Positions 25,517-38,830 are shown, counted from the first letter of the stretch. The stretch: DNA of 64,000 nucleotides from Octopus bimaculoides (GCF_001194135.2 NC_069001.1:23890568-23954567), one strand, 5' to 3'. Numbers and translations are program-made. The notes: generated from the sequence alone by a model not told the origin.

Positions 25517-26299
25517 AATTTTATCTACACCATGTATTTGTGTCTGTGTTTGTTCCCCCACCATAGCCTGACAACCAGTGTTTATGTGTTTACGTCCCTG
25601 TAATTTAGAAGTTTGGCAAAAGAGAATAAGTACTAGGCTTACAAAGAATAAGTCCTGGGGTTGATTTGTTTGACTAAAGGCGGTGCTCCAGCATGACCAC
25701 AGTCACATGACTGAAACAAATAAAAGAATAAAAGAATATGTACGGATGTATATACACATATAATGCATTGTTACAGAAAAAGTGTTGTGAGTCCCAAATG
25801 TTTTTATCAATTAAAACTACATCTGTGGGGAGAAAAGCAATCATTAACATTTATAATAATAATTTTTCCAAAGGAGAAAGGAAGTTAATACTAAAGTTTA
25901 AACTGACCCTGAATAAAAATGGTCTGATGCAGACAGGAATGAGTCTGACTTTCAATAGTTACTGTCAAAATTGATTGAAATGGTAGTATTGTACTTGACT
26001 ATAAAAAGAAAAGAAAATATGTGCAATGACAGTCATTAGAAAATTTATATCCCAAAGGCGAAGACCTGAGACACCTAATAGCTAATGTACATATTTGAAT
26101 GTCTACAGCTATGAAATGGCGTATGCCTAGTGAATTTATAGCTAACAGCAGTTGTTAATTCTTTTACTATGTTGTTGGTATATGTGGTTATATACTTTTG
26201 TTTAAAGGTGATGATTTCATTCAAAACGTTTTTCGTTTAAAAGCTGTAAGTCACATTACTAACCGACATTAGTTTAAAAAAATATTTCCAGCTTACACC

Positions 26300-26563
26300 G
26301 AGGGCCAGTGCTAGAAAGTGCTGGGCTCAATTAGAGAATTGTCAGCATAGCATTCTATTCTATAAAAGCTGAAGATTGATGTTTTATGCTTCATGTAGTA
26401 TACCAGTCCCGGCCAAAAATGTTGAGGGCTTGAGGCTCCACTTTTAGCTACAATGATATACTAAAGTTTCATCATACCATCTTCTGTGCGAGTGTGTGCA
26501 TGGGGTCCCCCCTTGGCGCAGGGCCTAATTTGAACATATCAAATTGGCTTAAAACTGGGCCTG
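26300..26563. mobile_element. hAT-type MITE
   Basis: 8-bp TSD CTTACACC at 26292-26299 and 26564-26571; termini GAGGGCCAGT and (rc) CAGGCCCAGT. Confidence 0.75.
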
Positions 26564-27759
26564 CTTACACCCCAATATGTGATAAAGAGTTGTGTTATTT
26601 GCAGTTTAAAAATTGAAACTAGAAATAATTGAATTCACTGAAAAAGAACATCTTGTGTGCAGTTAGTAAGAAAGTGGTGTTGCTTGAGAGTAACATTAGG
26701 ATATGAAGGAAGGACAAACTCTCACTTCAGAAAATGCAAATAAATCATTTTTAAGTGGAAAACAGTTTGACTATCTAGAACTCAAAATAGAATTTAGAGC
26801 ATAGGCCTAAGACAATAAAAAAGATGGATACATTTGTAACAACACTGTATGTAAAATTACATGTAAAGAAAATATCAAAATAGGAGAAAATATAATGGAG
26901 GCAGTGAGTTAACACAATAGGCAAAATGCTTGGTGGCATTTTGGCTGGTTTCATATTCTGAGTTCAAATTTCACTGAGATCAACTTTACCTTTCATCCTT
27001 TTGAGATTGATGAAATAAAAAGTTGTAATCGGCTTACCCCATCCCTAAAATTGCTGGCCTTTTGCCAAAATTTGAAACCAAGATGAGAAATATAATGTTA
27101 GTTAATGTTTCACGTTTTTAAATTGGTTATGCAAAAGATTCTTGAGAAGATAATCTGTAGCTTTACATTAGAAAACAAGACTTTCACAGAAGCCTCTCTC
27201 CGATTCCTATGATAAAACTGTACAGTAATAGCCTTAAAATGAAACTAAGAAAAGAGCATGACTTCAAACTGAATCAAAATAGAAATATGGGTTGGACAGC
27301 TTGATAGGAACTGGCAAGGCCAGGTATTGCACCAGATTCCACAGTCTGTTTTGGCTTGGTTTCTGCAGCTGGGTGCCCTTCCTAATGCTGCCAACCACTC
27401 CATAGAATGTATTGGATGCCTTTTATGTGGCACTATCACAGGTTCTTTATATGTGGCACCGGCACCAGTGCTTTTTACATGGCACCTTGGTTTTAGGATC
27501 TCAGTTCTGTTGTGTGGGCATGTCTTCTCAAGCACAGTAAGGCACCACATTTTGGTCCCCTGCCATCTCCTTTGTAAGGCTCAGCATTCTGAGATTGGCT
27601 TCCCAAACATACTAGTGTTATGTGTTTAGATGATGAAACAAAACTAAATATTATTTGTTTCAAAAGAAACACAGCCCCAGGAAGTGAGAAATTGCCCTTA
27701 TGTGTGTTGTTCATTGCCATTTATGGATTGAGAAAAATGTAAATTATGGAATATGGACA

Positions 27760-28182
27760 TTGGCATGGCTGTGTGGTTAAGACTCTCACATTGCAACCAT
27801 AGATTTTTGGGTTCAAGTCACACAGCATAGTATCTTGGGCAAGTACCTTCTACTACAGCCTTGGTCCCATTAATGCCATGGGTATTTTAATACCTTGGAC
27901 CCATTAATGCCATGGGTATTTTAATACCTTGGACCCATTAATGCCTTGTGAATGAATACGGTGGATGGAAACTGTGTGAAACCTATGCCATATGTGTGCA
28001 TTTGTATTTGTGTTTGTTCCCCACAACTGCTTGACTGCTGGTGTTGGTTAGTTTGTGTCTCTTTAACTCAGTATTTTTGGCTTGAGTAACTGAGAAAATA
28101 AGTTCCAGAATTTAAAAACAAAACTCTTTGAAATAGTGCTTCAGTCTGGCCAAAGTTTTATGACTGAAACTATAAAAGATAA
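27760..28182 (+). mobile_element. Diverged SINE family A with internal 34-bp tandem duplication
   Basis: Family motifs; CCTTGGACCCATTAATGCCATGGGTATTTTAATA x2.6 at 27859-27947. Confidence 0.75.
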
Positions 28183-29208
28183 ATGACCTGGAACATTTAT
28201 AAAGAATCTTGCAATGTTGGTGTAAGACCAGTTAGAGTTTGCCTCATTAAACCAGTGAAGCATGTATTGTAAGTTTATGAAATTTAATTAAGTTATTCCT
28301 CTAGGAGGTTTATCTGCTGTCCACATCCTTGGGGTTTGTTTTAAACAATTTAAGGAGAAAGTTAAGAAGCACTGGATATCATAATGTCTCTGGTTGATTA
28401 AAAGGGAAAAAATACAAGCAGAAAATAGGCTCTAAAAGCTATTGTTGCTAGCAGGGTTACATTAGCTTGAAACACTTGAGCTAAACATTTTTCTAAAAGG
28501 TTTTAAGACTGATATTAGTAATGAATTAGATGAAACAGAAGATAACCTTCAGTAATATTATCAGGTTGCAATTATGGACAACACTGAATAATTAAATGAA
28601 GAATATAATTAAGTTATAGGATAAGATATTGATGAAGCGTTAAGTCAAGAAGAATGGCTGGAGTTCTTCAAAAAAAATTGATTTTTAAGCGATAAACCAA
28701 TTTTATGAACAATTGAATTTTTAACCTATGAAACAACTTTTGTTAAATAACAAAAGCAAACATCATTCTTGTTTAATTGTTTGTCTTCAAGGTTGTTTAA
28801 TATTTGTGTGATGCGTCTCAGTTTTTAGTGATATTTGTTTGTTTTTTTTAAATAAGGAAATAATTGTGGTTCTATTTGGGATAAAATTATCTTCTTCATC
28901 GATTTTGGTTATCCACTTTTCCATGCGAGCATGGGTCGGCTGGAATTTGTTGAAGCAGAGTTTCTATGGATGGATGGATGGATGGATGCTCTTTCTGTCC
29001 CCAACCCTTACCTATTTCTGAGTAAGGTAATATTTCCCCATGAACAGACATGTTTTCCTGGAAAGTTGGAAATGAAGGATATCTCTTGCATGATGTGATA
29101 TCAAGGGACAGAAACATACATATGCTTACATGCACAAATACACACACATACATACATACATACATACATGCATACATGCACAAATACACATACATGCATA
29201 CATATATA

Positions 29209-29444
29209 CAGGATGGCCCAAAAGAAGGCTTACAAATATTCAACTACCTCTTTTGCATTCATATGCAAAACATTTTAGATCTTAATTATTAAAAAATATG
29301 AAACTATTATTCTATGCTAATTTAGTTAATTTTGTCAAGCTCCCTTTTCAGTTTGTAAGATATAAATTTAAATGTAATGAAATGTATTAAAGGAAATTTA
29401 AAGTGTCTACATGATAACTGTAAACCTACTTTTGGGCCACCCTG
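29209..29444. mobile_element. Tc1/mariner-type MITE in (TA)n
   Basis: About 27-bp TIRs CAGG(A/G)TGGCCCAAAAG(A/T)AGG(C/T)TTACA; TA on both sides. Confidence 0.85.
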
Positions 29445-29794
29445 TATATATATATATATATATATATATNNNNNNNNNNNNNNNNNNNNNNNNNNNNNNN
29501 NNNNNNNNNNNNNNNNNNNNNNNNNNNNNNNNNNNNNNNNNNNNNNNNNNNNNNNNNNNNNNNNNNNNNNNNNNNNNNNNNNNNNNNNNNNNNNNNNNNN
29601 NNNNNNNNNAGCCACAAAAGCACGTTCTATTTTACTGGCAAGAGAGACAACCTCCCAACCACAAGCAAGTACATTAGATTGGCATGCCAATTTTGCATAG
29701 AAATTAATGCTCATCAATAATGCTTTTTTCCATTGCAGGTGGTATAGCCAAAAGGTGAGAGCAAGGTATACTCTGGGTAGAAAACATGTAGTAG

Positions 29795-30027
29795 AAGGTG
29801 GCAAGCCGGCAGAAATGTTAGTACGCCGGGCAAAATGCTTAGCAGTATTTCGTCTACTGCTACATTCTGAGTTCAAATTCCGCTGAGGTCGACTTTGCCT
29901 TTCATCATTTCGGGGTCGATAAATTAAGTAGCAGTTATGCACTGGGGTCGATGTAATCGACTTAATCCCTTTGTCTGTCCTTGTTTGTCCCCTCTATGTT
30001 TAGCTCCTTGTTGGCAATAAAGAAATA
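29795..30027 (+). mobile_element. SINE family B with TSD
   Basis: AGAAAACATGTAG at 29779-29791 and 30028-30040. Confidence 0.9.
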
Positions 30028-30532
30028 AGAAAACATGTAGCAGTGCTCAAATGATTTAAACTCAAATTCCAAATTCTTAATCCAAGACTTGGTCCTTGGC
30101 CTCAATAGTAGCTATAAGAGAAACCCAGGTGAGATGATATAGAGATAGTCATGTAGATAAACATGATTAGGCATGGCATATGTAAACACACACATATGTA
30201 TAGACATATTTAACTACATATATTCAGAAGATAGGCACATATATACATACACATATATATTTATACAAATATGCTTAAACAGAGCATAAAAAGTACAGAA
30301 TACTAAGGAAGGATTCTTAGTATTTTAACTTGACAGCTGTTTCTGGAAGTTCAAAATTACACAATAATCACAATGTTCATAATTAGCAGATGGAATGTAC
30401 AAAGATGTCTTAATTAGTCACATAGACATATTACAATAAGTTTGGGTTCCTTCATCAGATGTCAAGCCCTATTGTATTTATTTACCTCACTATCTGCCTC
30501 TTTCTTCACTCTCTCTCTCTCTCTCTCTCTCT

Positions 30533-31515
30533 GTGTGTATTGGGGGTGGTTACTCTGAGAGTGTAGCGGCTAGAATAAGAATAACCTGGGCAAAGTTCAC
30601 GGAGCTCCTACCTCTGCTAGCAACTAAGGGCCTCTCACTCAGGATGAAAGATAGACTGTATGACGCATGTGTACGAACTGCCATGCTACATGGCAGTGAA
30701 ACATGGGCCATGACTACTGAGGACATGCATAGGCTTGAAAGAAATGAAGCTGGTATGATCCACTGGATGTGTAATGTCAGTGTGCATACACGACAGAGTG
30801 TGAGCACCCTGAGAGAAAAGTTGGGTATAAGAAGCATCAAATGTGGTGTGCAACAGAGATGGCTGTGCTGGTATGGTCATGTGTCATGTATGGATGAAGA
30901 CAGCTGTGTGAGGAAGTGCCACACTCTAACTGTGGAAGGAACCTGTGGAAGAGGTAGACCCAGGAAGACATGGGATGAAGAGGTGAAGCATGACCTTCGA
31001 ACAGTGGGCCTCACAGAGGCAATGACAAGAGACCGAGACCTTTGGAGATATGCTGTGATTTAGAAGACTCAGCAACTAAAGTGAGATTGCAGCCATGCAT
31101 GTCCAGCCCATTTAAGAGAACCCCTGATGCGTCGGGGTGATATGATATGCTCGAGAAGACTTGTCGAGTCAAGTAAAATCATATTGTAGCTGTGGCCAAT
31201 GATCCCTGACTGGCTCCCATGCTAGTGGCACATGAAAAGTACCATCCAAACATGGCTGATGCCAGTACCCACTGACTGGCCCCTGTGCTGTTGGCACGTA
31301 AAAAGCACTATTCAAACGTGATTGATACCAGACCCACCTAACTGGCTTCTGTGCCAGTGAGACATAAAAAGCACCGACTACATTCTTGGAGTGGTTGGTG
31401 TTAGGAAGGGCATCCAGCTGTAGAAACATTACCAGATCAGATTGGAGCCTGGTGCAACCACTGGTTCTCCAGACTTCAGTCAAATCGTCCAACCCATGCC
31501 AGCATGGAAAGCAGT
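30533..31515 (+). mobile_element. 5'-truncated RTE LINE: ORF2 C-terminus plus 3'UTR
   Basis: Open frame GGGYSESVAARIRITWAKFTELLPLL..RLYDACVRTAMLHGSETW..WYGHV..GRGRPRKTW..DRDLWR to stop at 31063, continuing into family C sequence. Confidence 0.9.
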
Positions 31516-32079
31516 TTGTATGTGTGTGTGACATGTTTCTTTCAGTTTTTGTCTCCAAATCCACTCACAAAGCTTTGTTCAAATAAAGTATATTACAGAT
31601 TTTAAGCTACAAAATGTAGGGGTAGCATTATATTCGAGACTGCATAATACTCAAATCAATATACAATAACTACAATCTTGCAAAATGAACAACTTTTAGT
31701 GAATATAGTTTTGATGTAACAATAATTTGTTAGTCTGGCAATTTAATATATTGATATTGGAAAATATCTGAAGGGCTCCATGTGTGTGTAGAGAATATAT
31801 AACCGAGCACAAGCTAACAGATTTAATATAGTACAACCAAAATAGATTTTTAATCATTTGAAATTACATATATGATAAGAAGAAATTCCTTAACATTAAG
31901 AATAATTATTTCCGAATGATGTAAGGGATGGAATTATGAACATGGAATTATAAAAATCAGTTCTATGTTCAATCAGTTCCTTGGCTTCATTTGTTGATTT
32001 TGTATTGTTGTTGCTATTGAGGTTGCTGTTGTTGTTGTGATTGTTGTTGTTGTTGTTGTTGTTTGCCTGATTATTATTC

Positions 32080-32320
32080 AGGTGGTGAGCTGTCAGAATC
32101 AGTAGCATGCTGGGCAAGATGCTTAGCTGCAGTTTATTTGTCTTTACATTCCTAGTTCAAATTTCGTTGAGATCAACTTTGCCTTCCATCCTTACGGGGT
32201 TGATAAGTTAAGTACCACAAAAATATTGGAGTCAATGCGATTGACTACCCTGCTCCCCACAAACTCCAGGCCTTGTGCCTATAGTAGAAAGGATTATTAT
32301 TATTATTATTATTATTATGC
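32080..32320 (+). mobile_element. SINE family B
   Basis: Family motifs, (ATT)n tail; preceded by (GTT)n. Confidence 0.75.
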
Positions 32321-32459
32321 AACTGCATGCTAATTTCGTTAGTGAGTATTTATCTTGAGGTTTGGATTATCATTATTCAGCAATCAATTGCATGCTTTCA
32401 AACACAGCTTTGTATGCCTTGATTTGTTTTGACTTTGTTATTTTCATTACATTGAATCA

Positions 32460-32740
32460 TCATCGTCATCATCATCGTTTAACATCTGCTTTCCATGCCA
32501 GCATGGGTTGGACGATTTGACTAAGGACTGGTGAACCAGATGGCTACACCAGGCTACAATCTGATCTGGCAGAGTTACTACAGCTGGATGCCCTTCCTAG
32601 TGGGTGCTTTACATGCCACTGGCACAAGGGCCAGTCTGGTGGTACTGGCAACAGCCATGCTGAAATGGTGTTTTTTATGTGCCACGTCCACAGGAGTCAG
32701 TCCAGCAGCGCTGGCAACAACCCCACTCGAATGTTTTGAA
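32460..32740 (-). mobile_element. RTE 3'UTR stub (family C)
   Basis: (CAT)n then TTTAACATCTGCTTTCCATGCCAGCATGGGTTGG..CAGCTGGATGCCCTTCC; similar stubs near 3.6, 7.7-8.1, 15.2, 15.6, 23.2, 27.3, 28.9, 37.7, 45.9 and 48.7 kb. Confidence 0.8.
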
Positions 32741-32859
32741 TATAAGATATATATACAGATATATAAGATATATATTTACAGAAAATATATAAGATATATA
32801 TTTACAGAAAATATATATATATACAGTGCCTAGCATGGCATATTGAGCATGATCGTAGC

Positions 32860-33200
32860 CAGCATTGCCTTACCGGCACATGTGCCGGTAGCTCATAAAA
32901 AAACAACATTCAAGCGTGGTCGTTGCCAGTGCTGCTGGACTGGCTCCCGTGCAGGTAGCATGTAAAAACACCTTTTGGGCGTGAGCGTGATCACTGTCTG
33001 ACTGGCACTCATGCCAGTGACACGTAAAAAACACCCACTACACTCTTAGAGTGGTTTGCGTTAGGAAGGGCATCCAGCTGTAGAAACTTTGCCAGACCAG
33101 ATTGAACCTGATGCAGCCTCTGGCTCACCAGTCCTCAGTCAAACTGTCCAACCCATGCCAGCATGGAAAGCGGACGTTAAATGATGATGATGATGATGAT
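32860..33200 (+). mobile_element. RTE 3'UTR stub (family C)
   Basis: AGGAAGGGCATCCAGCTGTAGAAAC..CCAACCCATGCCAGCATGGAAAGCGGACGTTAAA(TGA)n. Confidence 0.8.
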
Positions 33201-33203
33201 GTG

Positions 33204-33245
<42 letters not shown>

Positions 33246-33249
33246 AGGG

Positions 33250-33636
33250 ACAGGCCTGACAGCTCTGTGGTAAAAAGCTTGTCTCTTAATTCCATGAATC
33301 TGAGTTCAGTCCCATTGCATGGTATCCTGGGCAAGTGTCTTCTACTATAACCTTGGGCTGACCAAAGTTTTGCGAGCGGATTTGGTAGATGTAAACTGGA
33401 AGAAAGCCATCATATATATATGTGTGTGTGTTTGTTCCCCACCATTACTTGACCACTGGTGTTGGTGTCTTTATATCCCTGTAACTTAGCAGTTTGGCAA
33501 TAGAGTCCAATATAATAAGAACTGGGCTTAAAAAAAAGTACTATGGAGATTCATTCAACTAACAGTTTTTGAAGGTGGTGCCCCAGCATGGTCGCAATCT
33601 AATGACTGAAACAAGTAAAAGATAAAAGATAAAGAT
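33250..33636 (+). mobile_element. SINE family A
   Basis: Head, CORE-like segment, internal TA/TG run, tail (GATAAA)n. Confidence 0.8.
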
Positions 33637-33949
33637 AAATATTAATTTTCCTGTATCGGCAGTGACAGACTTCAGCTTCAGATGTAGTCAGCTGCCAGTA
33701 AATGCTATTGACAACAGCCAATGAGGCAGAAATGCATCTAGCATTCTAACCAGCCACTGCTGCTAGGATGATTTTCATCTTCCACCAATATTATACAATG
33801 TTTCTAAATACAGCTAGTCCATAAGAGACGTTATTTCTGGACAAATACTACAGTAAATTGGTTTTTTGCTATGTATTTACATTAATTACGATACACAGAT
33901 CAATATATATAAAAATATGTGAATATAAATGTCTACCTATATATATATA

Positions 33950-34405
33950 TCATCATCATCATCATCATCGTTTAACGTCCGCCTTCCATGCTAGCATGGG
34001 TTGGACGATTTGACTGAGGTCTGGTGAAACCGGATGGCTACACCAGGCTCCAATCTAATTTAGCAGAGTTTCTACAGCTGGATGCCCTTCCTAACGCCAA
34101 CCACTCAGAGAGTGTAGTGGGTGCTTTTACGTGTCACCCGCACGAAAACGGCCACGCTAGAAATGGTGTCTTTTATGTGCCACCCGCACAAGAGCCAGTC
34201 CAGGGGCACTGGCAACGATCTCGCTCGAAAACCCTACAAGGCCAGTCAGGCGGTATATATATATATATATATGTCTGTACGTATTGTCGTCGTCGTTTAA
34301 CGTCCGCTTTCCATGCTAGCATGGGTTGGACGATTTGACTGAGGACTGGTGAAACCAGATGGCTACACCAGGCTCCAATCTGATTTGGCAGTGTTTCTAC
34401 AGCTA
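33950..34405 (-). mobile_element. Two tandem young family C stubs in (TA)n
   Basis: Near-identical to each other and to 42841-42948 and 50515-50672. Confidence 0.85.
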
Positions 34406-35534
34406 TATATATATATATATGAATTTATATACATACATACATACATACACACATAAATGTACAGTAACACTTTAAGTGAAGTATTGGTATATACGTACAC
34501 AACTATGGCACATATACAGAAATCAAATTGAATACTACACAATAAACTGAAATAACAAAGAAAATAATTTTAATTGTTTACACAATTCCAGAGAAGATGG
34601 GAATAATAAGAACCAATATATATAACGATCAAATTTTATTCCGTCTTAGAATGCAGCTATATTCTCAATAGTTCAATTAAAATAATGAGTTTGAAGACCA
34701 CCATAGAAATGACACTTGACAAATATGGATGCAGTTAAAGAATTGTTCTACATTTAGTATGTATATAAGATACATAATTAAGGTGCTCAATGCAATAATA
34801 TGTCTAATGTCTTCTTAAAACATCTTCATGTTGAATTCCAGAGATAAATTTGGTTATTGTGTCTTTGTTTACATTGATATCATTTGAAGAATGAATCTTA
34901 AGTAATGCAGCTACAAATATAGAGCCAATTCATTTGAATATTTCTAAAGGGAAATTATATGACATACCGAATGATAATAAAAGATTCTGCTTTTAGTATT
35001 TCTTCTCTTTTAAAGAGATTTAGAATATCTGATTAGAAGGATAATTAGGAAGAATCTTTGTTAATAAGATTATGCATCACTAATGTTATGTTAACAGTCT
35101 ACTTGATCAAAGTGTCTTAAGGTATTTTAACAAATGAAAATAAATTTTGTATTCATGTGTGATATATAGGGAAAATCACAATTTTCTTAAGGGACTTTTA
35201 TGAGGGATTGATTGTGGAACTGGAAACATTTTTAACAAGTGTTAAGCATAAAGGTAATGATGAACAATATAGAAATAGTAAAATACAATATTGGACGTTT
35301 TATTTGGTTTCCGGAAATCTGGAATTTTCAGAAATCTAAGAATGCTTTGCAATATTGTTCAACATACTATTCCCTGTATTGAATAAACAGATCCTGTTTT
35401 TGAAGTTGGTTAATTTGTATAAAATGTGTTAAAAATCATTTTGTTCTTTTTGTTCATTTTATTGGATTGATAAAAAAAAGTAAACAAGATCTGCTTTCGA
35501 ATTGTATTAAATTGTTTATTATCTTTTGTGTTTT

Positions 35535-35927
35535 ATTTGTTTCAGTCACTAGACTGTGGCCATGCAGGGGCACCCCATTGAAAGATTTTTTAGTTGAATG
35601 AGTCAATCTCTGACTTTTTTTTTAAGCCTGGTATTTATTTTATTGGTCTCTTTTGCTGAACTGCTAAGTTATGGGGATGTAAACAAACCAAGGCCAGTTG
35701 CCAAGCAGTGGTAGGGGACAAACAAGATACAAAGACTTCCAAGTACACACACACACACACACACACACATGATGGACTTCTTTCAGTTTCCATCTAAGAA
35801 ATCCACTTACGAAGCTTTAGTCAGCTCGAGGCCCATAAGAGAAGACACTTACCTGAGGTGCCATGCAATGGGACTGAACTGAGACCCATGTGGTTGGGAA
35901 GCAAGCTTCTTACTACACAGTCACATC
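35535..35927 (-). mobile_element. SINE family A
   Basis: Reverse complement of the full family structure with internal (CA)n. Confidence 0.8.
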
Positions 35928-36573
35928 TCACCATGTATCTGTATTTGTTAAATAAAATGATGTTCTTTACTTTTCTTCCCATGGTACAGTATGGTACTTT
36001 TTAAGAATTTTAAGCAGATTAATGTTTAATTAAATATCAGACAGACCCTGCTTTAGAGTTATATTAATCTGAATCTGTTAAAAACATTTTAGTTCTTTAC
36101 ATTTCATAGTTTATTTTATATTCTAAGTATATATTCAAGACGTCTCCAGAAAACTGCAAAAAGCCAGAAATCAAGGTCACACCCAGTTCCATGCTTACTG
36201 GATGTTTGGTCTGGTACTGTTCCAGAATTAAGTCTGAACAATATTCATAATTCAAAGCTTTAAACATGAATGATTGGCATTTCTATTCTAATTCTGATAT
36301 TTTGTCAAAATGGATAATAATACACAAGTAATATAATTCTTTTTTTTTTATCTATTTTTATATTGTGTCTTGTAAACAATAGGGTTACTGCAAAGATGTT
36401 TATGAAGGGTCAGTCACTGGACCATTGCACTTGTAATCTCGCAGTTCAACAAGAGCGTTGATAGAATAAATACTAAACTTTAAATAAACAAAAAAGTAAG
36501 TTTAACTAAACCTTTCAAGACAGTGTTGCAGAATGGCCACGGTCCAGTGACTGAAACAAGTAAAAGATAACTG

Positions 36574-36606
<33 letters not shown>

Positions 36607-36959
36607 CATGCATGCACACATAAATACATACATACCTAGATACATATATATGTGCACACACACACACGCACACATAAAATGTACCCATAAGTACATGCAG
36701 CCATACATACATAGTAGCTGCTTTCTTGTATACAAGCGAAGCCATTTCTAGAAAAGATCATTGAAACAAATCATTGTTGATGCATGTATGACTCTTGAGC
36801 TCGGCCAAAGATTTGTGCATTCTATTGCATTATGCATAGCGGTGCTTACTGGCAAAGGGAACAGGTGCCACAGTATGAATCCTTTTGACATGACTTTTCA
36901 ATCCTCCAACTGAAACACACACCTTTCCTCAGGTTGCATATGTCCTCTTGTGAACAATA

Positions 36960-37390
36960 GCTGTATCACAATTTACAAGGGATTGATACATGCATACATA
37001 CATACACACATACATACATACATGCATGCATACATGCATACATATGTACATACATACATGTATATGCACATAAAATGCATCCATGCATACAAGCATATGT
37101 ACATACATGCACACATGCATGCATACATACACACATGCACACATACACACATGCATGCATGCATACATACATACATGCATACATACATACATACATGCTT
37201 ACAAATGTACATACATAGATGTATATGCACATAAAATGCATCCATACATACAAGCATATGTACATACATACACACATGCATACATGCATACACACATGCA
37301 TGCATACATACATACATGTAAAAAGCGTGTATATAAAACTTTATTTTTACATGCACATGCATACATACATATATATACATATGTATGTCT
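36960..37390. repeat. Compound CATA/CATG microsatellite with duplicated ~150-bp unit
   Basis: GCACATAAAATGCATCCAT(G/A)CATACAAGCATATGTACATAC occurs twice. Confidence 0.85.
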
Positions 37391-38189
37391 GTGCATGTGA
37401 AAAAAAGGTAAAAACAAGAGAACTGAGAGTAAAATTGGTATAAGTTATGGCTTCAGAAAGTATTTATTTGTGGCAGAATTCCTTGAGTATTGTTTGGAAG
37501 AAAGAAGGAAAACAACACTGAGAGTATCAGACAAGTGGCCTTGCTCAGAATGCAAAAGAAGGTGTAGATAGAAATTCCATACAGTATTTGGACTTACTGA
37601 GGGGACGACAGGGGACCAAAATTCCAGGTGGTGTGCTGTGCTTGAAAAGACATGCCAAGCTAAATAAAAGCATGGTTGCACTTTTGTCCAGACTCGTTTC
37701 TTGCAACCCTCTTCAGCTGAGCATCCCTAATGTTGTGGGCTCGTAAGTGCTGGTCCCACATAAAGGGCACTTGTGCCAGTGCTGCATAAAAGCACCTGGT
37801 ACACTTTGTAAAGTGGTTCGTATTAGGGAAGGTACCCAACCAAAGAGATCTTGCCAAAACAGACATGGAGCCTGAACAGCCCTTCAGCTGGTCAGCTTCG
37901 GTCAAAATGTCTAAGCCATGCCAGCATGGAAAACAGACGTTAATTGATGATGATGTTCCCTGTATGATCTATGAGGATGCAAGAGGAGTATTGAATCCAA
38001 CTGGCAGTAAATAAAACGCTGACTTTAGTAAATGTACTGAAGTAAGGAGTCATCAAGGTACTGTTAAATTCCTTACACTGCTCAGGAGGCTCATTAAAGA
38101 TACCTGATTGATTCAGTCTCCTAGGTGTTCTAACAAGAAGTGAGGGTTAGTGTACTGGTCAGAAAAGGTCAAGGAGCAACTATCTCTAC

Positions 38190-38830
38190 TGACAACAGAA
38201 AGATTCCCTCAGTGAGCAAAGGCCAGATTGTACAATGCAAGTGTACGAACTGTGATGCTGCATAGCAGTGAGATGTGAGCGCTGGATGGAGAAGATTTGA
38301 CAGGATTGGAAAGAAACAAGGTAAAACTGAGTCACAGGATGTATAATATTACACTGCATGAATGATGAGCAGAGCTGAAGGAATGAAAAAAAAAAAAAAA
38401 ATGGGTAAGAGGAAGCAGTTGTAGGATGCAAGAGTGATGGCTTTGAAAGTATACCTATTTCTTTACTGCCCACAAGGGGTTATACACAGAGGGGACAAAC
38501 AAGGACAGACAAACAGATTAAGTCGATTATATCGACCCCAGTGCGTAACTGGTACTTATTTAATCGACCCCGAAAGGATGAAAGGCAAAGTCGACCTCGG
38601 CGGAATTTGAACTCTGAACGTAGCGGCAGACAAAATACCGCTAAGCATTTCGCCCGGCGTGCTAACGTTTCTGCTAGCTCGCTTTGAAAGTATACCAATA
38701 ATGTTTACAAGTGATTGAAGCAGTGCCAGGAAGAGATTCGTGTGGATGGATTCAATGGAAGATGGCCAAGAATGACACAGGGCAGAAGTGATGAGTTACT
38801 AGACTCATCCAACCCAAGCCAGCCTGAAAA
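38190..38830 (+). mobile_element. Degenerate RTE ORF2 end interrupted by a SINE
   Basis: KARLYNASVRTVMLHSSEM*ALDGEDLTGLERNK parallels the 30.6-kb RTE; ends CCAACCCAAGCCAGCCTGAAAAACAGAC like the family C tail. Confidence 0.7.
38456..38680 (-). mobile_element. Young SINE family B with long TSD
   Basis: GCTTTGAAAGTATACC exact at 38440-38455 and 38681-38696. Confidence 0.92.

Noticed and set aside
34500-35050. Hydrophobic minus-strand translation suggesting a receptor pseudogene
   Set aside because: Many stops; AT-rich DNA gives hydrophobic translations by default
35545-35580. Strong-looking acceptor TTTGTTTCAG
   Set aside because: Reverse complement of the family A tail, repeated in every copy
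36199-36233. 35-nt minus-strand exon candidate DLILEQYQTKHP with a GTAAGC donor
   Set aside because: Weak acceptor, no recognised homology and no neighbouring exons
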